In this document: positions 16,053 through 23,877 of the stretch, one piece after another | How positions within the stretch are numbered: position 1 is the stretch's first letter | Layout of the letters: each line of letters begins with the position of its first letter | Assembly (NCBI GenBank): GCA_041494705.1 | Contig: JBGQBI010000004.1 | Span: forward strand, 60,001-92,000 | Source of the DNA: Candidatus Methanoperedens sp. | GTDB taxonomy: Archaea; Halobacteriota; Methanosarcinia; Methanosarcinales; Methanoperedenaceae | Reading direction: 5' to 3' | Length of the DNA: 32,000 nucleotides | The notes under the pieces: generated by a model | Seen by the model: the letters and a program-made list of their open reading frames with translations, nothing else | Databases searched by the model: none | Told to the model about the DNA's origin: nothing | Program-made: the position numbers and the translations under genes

Positions 16053-16796
16053 TCATGATTGGCGGGAAGCCAGATGAGCCGCAATCTCGTTTACCGCATC
16101 GGTCAGGTTTTTCCGGTTATCGAATTCATCGACTAACCTAAGCAGCGCATTTTTTTCGAAGTTTTCCAAATCTTCTGCGAATTTGGATATGTTCGGTACA
16201 GCGCGGGTAATATTGTCCACGATTGTTATCGATGCGCATTGCGCTGTCCTTGAAAGAGGGTTCAGGTCGATGGCAATTACGGTTTTACCCATATCCACAA
16301 GGGCTTTGCACCTGTCCCCGTCCTCAAGAGGGACAAGCACAACATCCGCGCTGAAGATTCCGTCGCTATCCACTTTTCCGCGTTCATGAGAAATCCCGGG
16401 TATCTGCGCATCGCTTTTTGTGCATAAATTTTTTGCGCCGAGTGAGCGAAGATGCTGTATTATCTTGTTCACTCTTTCTTCTGTCCTGTGGAATAGATTG
16501 ACCTCAAGCTGGGCATTGACAAGCCCGCTTAGCTTTATGATTTCACCGGGAACAAGGGCTGCAACATTCCCATTGACCGAGATGGCAGGCTTTTTTGCAA
16601 GGAGCAGCGCCGCTGCCGCCACTTTTTCAGCCTTCAATGCGCTTTCCGTGGTCTTTTCCCCGATTAAATAATCAAATGCCTCGCCGCGCCCCTGTGCAAT
16701 CAGCCCGTGTATGCTCGTTATGCCTTTTTCAACGCCTTCTACTGTCAATTCGCGCGTCATCAGGGATTCATATCTGGGATGGTTTTTTGGTATCAT
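16053..16796 (-). CDS. 4-phosphopantoate--beta-alanine ligase (archaeal phosphopantothenate synthetase, PPS)
   Basis: IPKNHPRYESLMTRE...GLIAQGRGEAFDYLIGEKT...ISVNGNVAAL...AIDLNPLSRTA is the COG1701 PPS signature. The ATG overlaps the stop of the pantoate kinase gene (ATGA). Confidence 0.85.
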   Translation of the reverse strand: MIPKNHPRYESLMTRELTVEGVEKGITSIHGLIAQGRGEAFDYLIGEKTTESALKAEKVAAAALLLAKKPAISVNGNVAALVPGEIIKLSGLVNAQLEVNLFHRTEERVNKIIQHLRSLGAKNLCTKSDAQIPGISHERGKVDSDGIFSADVVLVPLEDGDRCKALVDMGKTVIAIDLNPLSRTAQCASITIVDNITRAVPNISKFAEDLENFEKNALLRLVDEFDNRKNLTDAVNEIAAHLASRQS

Positions 16797-17641
16797 AACA
16801 AATGCGCTCCTGCATTCGTTATCCTGCTTTCATGTACTTCCCCGAATTCCGAAAGCGCGCCATTGTCGTTTATGGCAAAAACCGTATTCCCCAGCATTGC
16901 CTGGCTCGCAAGACCGCCGGCAGCTTCGACAGCCTCGATTGCATCCATAACCCTCGGGCTCATGAGTTCGATTTCTTTTGCGAATGCAGAGGACTGGCGG
17001 AAAAAGTCAGGAAGCGTGGGTTTTTTCAGGAGTTCCTTGAGCCTTAAGCGCCCTGCTTTATTGATGCTCCTTTTTTTCAGGTCATCGGATAGAACCGATT
17101 TTGTGGAAATCCCGCCAAAGCTCACCCAGGAAATCGTTTCATCCCTGCACGGAAGCTTGTCGATAGCTACGGTAAAAGGCGCGCCTGCCTTTTTCCTGAT
17201 GACGATGCCGCCGAATGTCTGCCCCGTGACATCGCCAAGCCCTGTCCTGTTCGTGACTTCTGCGATATGCGCAGCCTCTGCTATTTCCCTGAAGGTCAAA
17301 TTCAGGGAAAGCGCTTCGTTCACCGCAAGCGCGGCGCTCAATGCACCGGCGCCGCTTGCCCCGAACCCCGCGCCGACGGGCACGCGGAGAGTGGTTTCTA
17401 CAAGGACAGGCTGCGAGGTCAGGAGCTTGATGGCTGTTAGCGTTGTTGGGGCGTCTGTAACGGCGCCGTTTATTTTCACGGTTGTTTCTTTTGCGGCGCT
17501 TACTTTTGTTACCGCGCCGTCCTCAAGGCAGATGCCGGCGCCCATCGAGCCTGAAAGTGCGGGGTCTTTCTTTATGTCGATTATGAAAATGCCTGAGATG
17601 TGGGCGGGGGCGAATGCCTGGGAGAGAATTTTTTGATGCAT
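16793..17641 (-). CDS. Pantoate kinase (archaeal PoK, GHMP kinase family)
   Basis: AFAPAHISGIFI...GSMGAGICLEDG...VPVGAGFGASGAGALSAALAVNEAL is a GHMP motif with a COG1829-type layout. It forms an operon with PPS. Confidence 0.8.
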   Translation of the reverse strand: MHQKILSQAFAPAHISGIFIIDIKKDPALSGSMGAGICLEDGAVTKVSAAKETTVKINGAVTDAPTTLTAIKLLTSQPVLVETTLRVPVGAGFGASGAGALSAALAVNEALSLNLTFREIAEAAHIAEVTNRTGLGDVTGQTFGGIVIRKKAGAPFTVAIDKLPCRDETISWVSFGGISTKSVLSDDLKKRSINKAGRLRLKELLKKPTLPDFFRQSSAFAKEIELMSPRVMDAIEAVEAAGGLASQAMLGNTVFAINDNGALSEFGEVHESRITNAGAHLL

Positions 17642-17774
17642 TGGAATGGATTTTATGTACTTGTTAAGCTAAATTGTTTACTGGAACGTTTGGGTCTTTC
17701 GGGAAACTATAAATTAAGTAAAAACCAACTGGAAAGGGGGAATTTTGGGTTGATAATATATCCAAGTATAAGAT

Positions 17775-19007
17775 TTAAAATAAACCTCGAATGATGCCCA
17801 AATCGTCCGTAGAAATTTTTTGTCCTGCTTGATGGTTAAATGAACTTAGGGCTTTGCGTATTTTTTCTAAACGAATCGGATTCTTCAATTTTTTAATTTT
17901 TTCGAATGAATACGCGGTTACAATTGATTTGCCTTCAGTGTAAGTCATATATTCTTTAACAGTAAAAGCGGATTGCCGGCTATATTTTTTCCAAATTTCT
18001 GATGGATGACCCGTCGTTATTTTCATGATTTCCGTGTACCCGCTGATTGCTTGTATGGGAGATGTAACATAAAATAAAAGGACTTGATTTTTTTCAACAC
18101 CCGAGAAAACCCGCCCTCCTTTGATAAAGACTCTATCCTTCTTTTGAACTAAATGTTCGAAATATTCAGGTTTTACTACCACAATTAGACCAGCGGTATC
18201 TTTTGATGAGGTTGGCAGTGTAAGTCCAGTTAGTTCTTCTAATTTGATTCGGTCTATTAATGTTATTCCATTCTTGCCGGAGTAATTAATCGCCGCCTCA
18301 CTAAAATAAGGTGCAAAATATATCAGATTACCTTTAACCAATACTTCTTTCAACGAAACTTTTAAATCATCAATATCGAGTTCATGGTCTAGATCATCAC
18401 AAACCAGCATTGTTGCCATGAACTTCACATCATTAATTTTTTTATCATAATACGAATATTTCTCATCGACTAAAGTATATCCAAATATTCGAGCCATAAC
18501 CCATTGAGAAATTGCTATCCAATCATAGTGTCCAATATATTTTATTGGCAATTTTTTTACTAATAGATAACTTTCCTTGCCCTGTCCATAAAAATCTCCA
18601 CGATTTTGGAATTCGTAATCTTTTTTTATAAAAAATTTTAAAGTCTCTTTCTCGTCAATTGACATATCAACATGAATTTGAGTGCAACCTCTTTCAATGC
18701 AATAATTTTCAATGGAATCTAAGAGCATCGACCCAATCCCACGACTTCTAAAATCCTTTCGTAAAAAAAAGTTTTTAAGTTCGACCGTCTTGCTAGCTGT
18801 TATCCTTATAATTCCGTCACCAACAATATCTTTTGCGCTCGTAAAGAACCCGAAGGCAATTTTATCTCCAGATTCAACCTCTTGAATTGTATTTGAAACC
18901 CATTTTTTATAATTAGGATATTCTAAATCTTGACTTCGTAAAAGAGATTCTAATTTTTCAATCTCATTACTTGAGATAATTCTATCTGGATAACCTTCTT
19001 CCGTCAT
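17775..19007 (-). CDS. Three-module fusion protein: GNAT acetyltransferase + Mrr-like (PD-(D/E)xK-fold?) segment + ASCH/PUA-like domain
   Basis: GNAT motif A is RSRGIGSMLLDSIENYC, with IHVDMS...FFIKKDYEF. The middle segment is FGYTLVDE...YYDKKIND...ATMLVCDD...NLIYFAPYFSEAAINYSGKNGITLIDRIKLEEL. The C-terminal segment is VVVKPEYFEHLVQKKDRVFIKGG...VLLFYVTSPIQAISGYTEI...AYSFEKIKKLKNPI. The DNA is AT-rich. Confidence 0.6.
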   Translation of the reverse strand: MTEEGYPDRIISSNEIEKLESLLRSQDLEYPNYKKWVSNTIQEVESGDKIAFGFFTSAKDIVGDGIIRITASKTVELKNFFLRKDFRSRGIGSMLLDSIENYCIERGCTQIHVDMSIDEKETLKFFIKKDYEFQNRGDFYGQGKESYLLVKKLPIKYIGHYDWIAISQWVMARIFGYTLVDEKYSYYDKKINDVKFMATMLVCDDLDHELDIDDLKVSLKEVLVKGNLIYFAPYFSEAAINYSGKNGITLIDRIKLEELTGLTLPTSSKDTAGLIVVVKPEYFEHLVQKKDRVFIKGGRVFSGVEKNQVLLFYVTSPIQAISGYTEIMKITTGHPSEIWKKYSRQSAFTVKEYMTYTEGKSIVTAYSFEKIKKLKNPIRLEKIRKALSSFNHQAGQKISTDDLGIIRGLF

Positions 19008-19009
19008 AC

Positions 19010-19444
19010 TTAATCTTTTTTGAGCTGAATCTTAAATAAAATTAGTTTCTCATATTTTTTTACATAATCTTGAACAAAATCGATAACTTTTGGATCATTT
19101 TGGACCGAAGGAGGAATTGTTTTGTCATAAATCTCCTTGGGGATTTCATTAAGAGATTTTATAATTAATCGATCTGTAATAATACCCCAGATTGGATTGT
19201 CTTTATAGCCTCGTCTTAGTTCGACCGTTCGACCTTTTTTCACATTTTTTGAATTAAACACCCCATTAAATCCACGCATTTCCCACTCCTTTTCGCCGCT
19301 TAAAAATAATTGATACCATCGTTCATCTAAAGGGATAAATAATCGATTATCGGTTTTGATGCGATCCATCCTTTCAGAAATTTTAAAACCTGGGTATTTA
19401 TCAAGTGTTATTTGTCCGGCCACATTTATACTACAGGAGGGCAT
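19010..19444 (-). CDS. Stand-alone ASCH-like (PUA-fold) domain protein
   Basis: FIPLDERWYQLFLSGEKEWEMRG...VKKGRTVELRRGYKDNPIWGIITDRLIIKSLNEIP fits an ASCH beta-barrel pattern. Its stop lies 2 nt before the start of the fusion gene. Confidence 0.55.
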   Translation of the reverse strand: MPSCSINVAGQITLDKYPGFKISERMDRIKTDNRLFIPLDERWYQLFLSGEKEWEMRGFNGVFNSKNVKKGRTVELRRGYKDNPIWGIITDRLIIKSLNEIPKEIYDKTIPPSVQNDPKVIDFVQDYVKKYEKLILFKIQLKKD

Positions 19445-19610
19445 GATAGTTAAATTTTTCCTAAAATGTATCGATTGGTTCTAAATAATTCGATGAGTCA
19501 ATGAAGGCTAAAATCAGATGACCTTCCAGCATATTATGAGAGCAAAAGCCGAGTTAAACCACCAAAATAAATGGGAGTTTAATAGATTTAAAATAGTTAA
19601 TCGTCACTTC

Positions 19611-20843
19611 TCACGGATTAAACAACCCTATCGTCTTCCCCAGCACATCAATGAACTTCCGTGCCTCTTCCTCTGTATTATACAAATAAAGCGAAGCCCT
19701 CACCGCAGCCTCACACTTTCGGTAATTGAACCACGAATGCACGCAGAATGCCCCCGAGCGCACCTCGATGTTCTCGGTCTCGTCAAGCACGAGCGCTATA
19801 TCATGGGCATCCCCACCCTTTGGAAGCTCAACCGTGAAAGCGATGATGCCGGCGCGGAGTTCGGGCTTCTGCGGGCCTATGATTTTCAGCCCAGGCATGT
19901 CCTTTATCCCATTGGTAATAATCGTATTCAGCCGCTTTTCATGTTCCTCAATATTCGATAGCCCGATATTGTTTAGGTAATCAACGGCTGCGCCAGAGCC
20001 TATCATACCTGCATAGTTCTGCAAGCCCGCCTCGAATTTCTCAGGCGGAGGCAGGAATTTTGCACCATCGTAGGTGGTATCGCTAACCGTATCACCGCCA
20101 ACGATGAAAGGCGCCAACTCTTCGAGCAAGTCATGTTTCCCGTAGAGCACGCCCATACCCGTCGGCCCCGCCATCTTGTGCACCGAAAGCGCGAATAAAT
20201 CAACATCCAGTGCCTTCACATCCACAGGTTTGTGCGGTGCGCTCTGGGCGCCGTCCAGCATTACAAGCGCTCCATGGTCGTGGGCGATTTTGATAATCTC
20301 CTTTGCCGGTATGGTATAGCCGTCAAGGTTCGCGGTATGAACCATGCTCACGAGCCGCACGTTCTTGTTTTTGCTCATTATTTCCTCGAACTGGGGAAGG
20401 TTGAAGGTATTATCGGGATTTGAGTAAACAATCATGTGCTTAATCCCGCGCTTGTGAGCCTGTATCTGCCAGGGTATGAGGTTTGAATTGTGTTCCCTGT
20501 CAGTGGTGAGAACTATATCGCCTTTTTTGAGTTCAAGCGAATTCGCAACGAGATTTAACCCCTCGGTGGTATTCCGCGTGAAGATAATTTCCTCGGGACA
20601 TGATGCGCCCAGGAATTTCTGGAATTTCTTCCGTGCCTCTGTCACTTTCTCGTCCACCTTCTTTGCCATCTTGTGAATCGAACGACCGCCGCATACGGGA
20701 TATTCATTATAATATTCGTTCATTGCATCCATGACCTGCTTTGGTTTCAATGTCATGCAGGCATTGTCGAAATAGATGGGGTACTTGCCGTTCCATCTTT
20801 TCCAGAGCGATGGGAAGTCAAGGCGGATTTTTTGGATGTCCAT
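19611..20843 (-). CDS. Cysteine desulfurase (class V aminotransferase, SufS/CsdA-like)
   Basis: IYFDNACMTLKPKQV...HNSNLIPW...FALSVHKMAGPTGMGVLYG contains the PLP lysine. ...RSGAFCVHS contains the catalytic Cys loop. Confidence 0.88.
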   Translation of the reverse strand: MDIQKIRLDFPSLWKRWNGKYPIYFDNACMTLKPKQVMDAMNEYYNEYPVCGGRSIHKMAKKVDEKVTEARKKFQKFLGASCPEEIIFTRNTTEGLNLVANSLELKKGDIVLTTDREHNSNLIPWQIQAHKRGIKHMIVYSNPDNTFNLPQFEEIMSKNKNVRLVSMVHTANLDGYTIPAKEIIKIAHDHGALVMLDGAQSAPHKPVDVKALDVDLFALSVHKMAGPTGMGVLYGKHDLLEELAPFIVGGDTVSDTTYDGAKFLPPPEKFEAGLQNYAGMIGSGAAVDYLNNIGLSNIEEHEKRLNTIITNGIKDMPGLKIIGPQKPELRAGIIAFTVELPKGGDAHDIALVLDETENIEVRSGAFCVHSWFNYRKCEAAVRASLYLYNTEEEARKFIDVLGKTIGLFNP

Positions 20844-20952
20844 TATGGTTACAAAAGCAGTTGAGATGTGATATAAATTTTGGTTAATGAGAACCTTTCG
20901 CCAATTTCATATAATTTCATATATCTAGAGACTAATTATAACAGGGATTATT

Positions 20953-21993
20953 ATGGCAAACGTAGCAATCATAGGCAGCGAAAAATCAGGCAGGACAAGT
21001 CTTGCAGCACAACTCGGGAAGAAAGGCACCGAGTCGGATATCACGCTTTATAATTTCGTAAAAGGCGACAGGATATATTCATTCGTGGATGCGAATGGGT
21101 ATCCGGCATCATTAAAAACACTTATCCAGTCAATAAATCTCTCGGATATCGCCCTTGTCTGCGTCCCCTCAAGCGGTCTTAATGCGCAGGTCGGTGAATG
21201 TATCATTGCGCTTGATTTGCTCGGGAATAAACGCGGGCTTTTTGTCATCACAATGTCGGATAAATCAAATCCCACGGCTATTGCTGAACTATCCGAAAAA
21301 ATAAAAGCCATCGCCAAAGGGACGAACCTTGAGAAATGGGAATCGATTGCAATTTCAACCACAACCTTTGAAGGACTGGAAAACCTCAAGGAAAAGCTCT
21401 TTGCACTCGGGGAAGAAGCGAGGGCTGCAAACGCCCTGAATAACGCCCTCCCCCAGCGCGTCATGGTGGACCATTTCTTTAATGTCACAGGCATGGGATG
21501 CGTGGTGCTTGGGGTTGTGACACAGGGAACTCTCAAAGTACATGATAGCCTGACCACTTTCCCGATTAACATACCCACAGAGATACGCTCAATCCAGAGT
21601 AATGACGTGGACATGAAAACCGCGCCAGCAGGTACAAGAGTGGGACTTGCGCTAAAAGGAATACAGTCAAAAGACTTCGATAGGGGGTACATAATTTCAC
21701 AGAAAGAAGAGGTAGCAACAAAATTCAACCTCAAATGCCGCCTCACTAAATTCACTCCGGGTCTGGGTGTGGGCGATGCGGTTCACCTGTTCGCGGGGTT
21801 GCAGGACATGCCGGCGACCATCAACAGTATGGCAATAGGCGGAAAGGACGTGACACAGGCGCCTCCGGGTTCTGAGTGTAATGTCACCATGACGACACAG
21901 AAAGATATCGCATACAGCAGAAGTGACAGGTTTTTGATTGTCCAGCTCAATAATCCAAAGCAGAGGCTTGTCGCGGGCTGCGAGGTCGTTTAG
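20953..21993 (+). CDS. EF-Tu/SelB/aIF2gamma-like protein with degenerate GTPase motifs
   Basis: The G domain has G1 GSEKSGRT, G3 DANGY and G4 TMSD. The EF-Tu domain-II barrel is VDHFFNVTGMGCVVLGVVTQGTLKVHDSL...IRSIQSNDVDMKTAPAGTRVGLALKGI. Confidence 0.7.
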   Translation: MANVAIIGSEKSGRTSLAAQLGKKGTESDITLYNFVKGDRIYSFVDANGYPASLKTLIQSINLSDIALVCVPSSGLNAQVGECIIALDLLGNKRGLFVITMSDKSNPTAIAELSEKIKAIAKGTNLEKWESIAISTTTFEGLENLKEKLFALGEEARAANALNNALPQRVMVDHFFNVTGMGCVVLGVVTQGTLKVHDSLTTFPINIPTEIRSIQSNDVDMKTAPAGTRVGLALKGIQSKDFDRGYIISQKEEVATKFNLKCRLTKFTPGLGVGDAVHLFAGLQDMPATINSMAIGGKDVTQAPPGSECNVTMTTQKDIAYSRSDRFLIVQLNNPKQRLVAGCEVV

Positions 21994-21997
21994 GCCA

Positions 21998-22774
21998 ATG
22001 TCTTATTACGAATTATGCAATGAAGTGGCGGCAGCTATCCAGCAGGCGGTTTCAGGACTGATTGGAAAACCTGAAGCTGGTGTTCCGCTTCGCATCGGAG
22101 CCGATGGAACCCCGACTGAAAAGATAGATGAAGTGGCTGAAAACGCAGCCCTGTCCGTGCTTGAGAAAGACGGCAGGTCAATGCGGTTTGTGAGCGAGGA
22201 ACTGGGTGAAAAGAGAATCGGCAAAAACCCCGAATTCACGTTCGTGCTTGACCCGATAGACGGCACCTTCAATGCGGTGAACAACATTCCATTTTTCTGC
22301 GTGCCTGTAGCCATCGGCGGCTCTGACCTTTCAGACATCAGGTACGGGTATGTGAAGAATCTCGTTAGCGGTGATATCTATACAGCGGAGAAAGGAAAAG
22401 GCGCGTTTCTGAACAAAAGGAAAATACACGTATCCAGTGTTTCGGAACTGTCCGGGTTAAGTGTAATATCATACAGCCACAGCCCTCATGTTGTGGCTAT
22501 AAATAACCATAAAGTAAGGAGAGTAAGGGTATTCGGGTGTGCCGCACTTGAATTATGTTATATCGCATCTGGCATATTCGATGCCTTTATCGATATGCGC
22601 AGCATGCTTCGTGTTACTGATATAGCGGCTTCGAAATTGATTGTGGAGGAAGCGGGCGGAGTGGTCACGGATGGAAACGGTAAACCGCTCTCTACGGAGC
22701 TTGACGTGACAAAAAGGGTGAATATGGTAGCCAGTAACGGCATGGTTCATGATAAATTACTTGAACTTGTATAG
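21998..22774 (+). CDS. suhB: Inositol monophosphatase / FBPase family protein (candidate NADP phosphatase)
   Basis: FVSEELGE...FVLDPIDGTFNA...ALELCYIASGIFDAFID are IMPase motifs. The start is set at the ATG at 21998 (MSYYELCNEV), just after the upstream stop. The track ORF starts inside the previous gene. Confidence 0.85.
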   Translation: MSYYELCNEVAAAIQQAVSGLIGKPEAGVPLRIGADGTPTEKIDEVAENAALSVLEKDGRSMRFVSEELGEKRIGKNPEFTFVLDPIDGTFNAVNNIPFFCVPVAIGGSDLSDIRYGYVKNLVSGDIYTAEKGKGAFLNKRKIHVSSVSELSGLSVISYSHSPHVVAINNHKVRRVRVFGCAALELCYIASGIFDAFIDMRSMLRVTDIAASKLIVEEAGGVVTDGNGKPLSTELDVTKRVNMVASNGMVHDKLLELV

Positions 22775-22810
22775 ACGAATTATGAATAAAGAGATATGCA
22801 GGAGGACGGG

Positions 22811-23632
22811 ATGAGAAAAATTGGGGTGATTTCAAGATGCGACAGGGACGATGTGCTCGCCATGGTTAAAGATATCGTGCATCATCTTAAATCAAAAGCT
22901 GTTGTGCTGATAGACCCAAGGACAGCCGAAATGCTCCATCAAAAAGGCACGCCGATGAACGAGATGAAAAAAGCAGGCGCGGAATTTATAGTTTCCATAG
23001 GCGGCGACGGGACTGTGCTTCGCGGTATCCAGAAAATGGATGACCCGCTGCCAGTGCTTGGTATCAATATGGGCACTATCGGTTTTCTTGTGGATGTGAA
23101 TCCTGAAAATGCGCTGGAAGTTATTGATAAAGTGTTATCGGGTTTTGAGGTCGAGGAACGCGCGCGCCTTTCAATCGCAGTAAATGATGAAAACCTGCCT
23201 CCTGCTACCAATGAAATGGTAATTCTCACTGCAAGTCCGGCCAAGATGCTTGCGTATCGGATTTTCGTGGATAAAAGCCCGCTTGAGGAATTGCGGGCTG
23301 ACGGCGTTGTTTTTGCCACATCAACAGGTTCAACCGCATACGCAATGAGCGCAGGGGGTCCGATAGTTGACCCGAGGGTGGACGGAACCGTAATCGTGCC
23401 TCTCGCGCCTTTTAAATTATCATCAAGACCATGGGTTGTCCCGGCACAAAGTGAGATAAGGGTGGAATTAACGATACCGAAAAAGGAGGCAGTTCTCGTA
23501 ATAGACGGGCAGTATACAAGGAAGATAAAAGAGGATGATACCATCCTTATCACAAAGGCAGATAAACCCGCGAGGTTTGTGAAAACGAGAGAGGGCGGGT
23601 TTTATGAGAAGGTCAGGAGCAAGCTGGCTTAA
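22811..23632 (+). CDS. nadK: NAD kinase
   Basis: FIVSIGGDGTVLRG...NMGTIGFL...ADGVVFATSTGSTAYAMSAGGPIV. The ATG at 22811 is preceded by GGAGGA (22801-22806). An alternative ATG lies at 22796. Confidence 0.9.
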   Translation: MRKIGVISRCDRDDVLAMVKDIVHHLKSKAVVLIDPRTAEMLHQKGTPMNEMKKAGAEFIVSIGGDGTVLRGIQKMDDPLPVLGINMGTIGFLVDVNPENALEVIDKVLSGFEVEERARLSIAVNDENLPPATNEMVILTASPAKMLAYRIFVDKSPLEELRADGVVFATSTGSTAYAMSAGGPIVDPRVDGTVIVPLAPFKLSSRPWVVPAQSEIRVELTIPKKEAVLVIDGQYTRKIKEDDTILITKADKPARFVKTREGGFYEKVRSKLA

Positions 23633-23877
23633 TGGTCAGTAGATTGGCCGGAAGTATATATAGAAGCTTTTTATTTTCCCATGAAGTTTCTCACTTCTGC
23701 TAATATCGATTCTGCATAACTTATGCATGTATTTGCCCCCTCTCTTGTGTAGTATTCGAAGGGTAAACCTGATATAAAGCGTCTGGATAGTAAACAACGG
23801 CGGATAAGCTCGCGAACTCATAATGGTAATAGTTAGTTTTAAAATGTATTGGGATGGTTATGATATAGGAGACATAT

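Noticed and set aside
16707-17636. 309-aa plus-strand ORF, the longest unexplained ORF in the track
   Set aside because: It lies entirely antisense to the well-supported pantoate kinase gene. Its translation is an Ala/Ser/Pro/Phe-rich low-complexity string with no recognisable motif and no RBS. This is typical of a shadow ORF opposite a GC-richer gene.
21048-21755. 235-aa minus-strand ORF
   Set aside because: It is antisense to the EF-Tu-like gene, whose domain-II barrel is clearly recognisable. It has no motifs or start context of its own.
20953-21993. SelB (selenocysteine-specific elongation factor)
   Set aside because: The GTP-binding motifs are degenerate and the protein lacks the C-terminal extension of SelB. 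I saw no in-frame TGA-containing selenoprotein genes or tRNA-Sec in the window.
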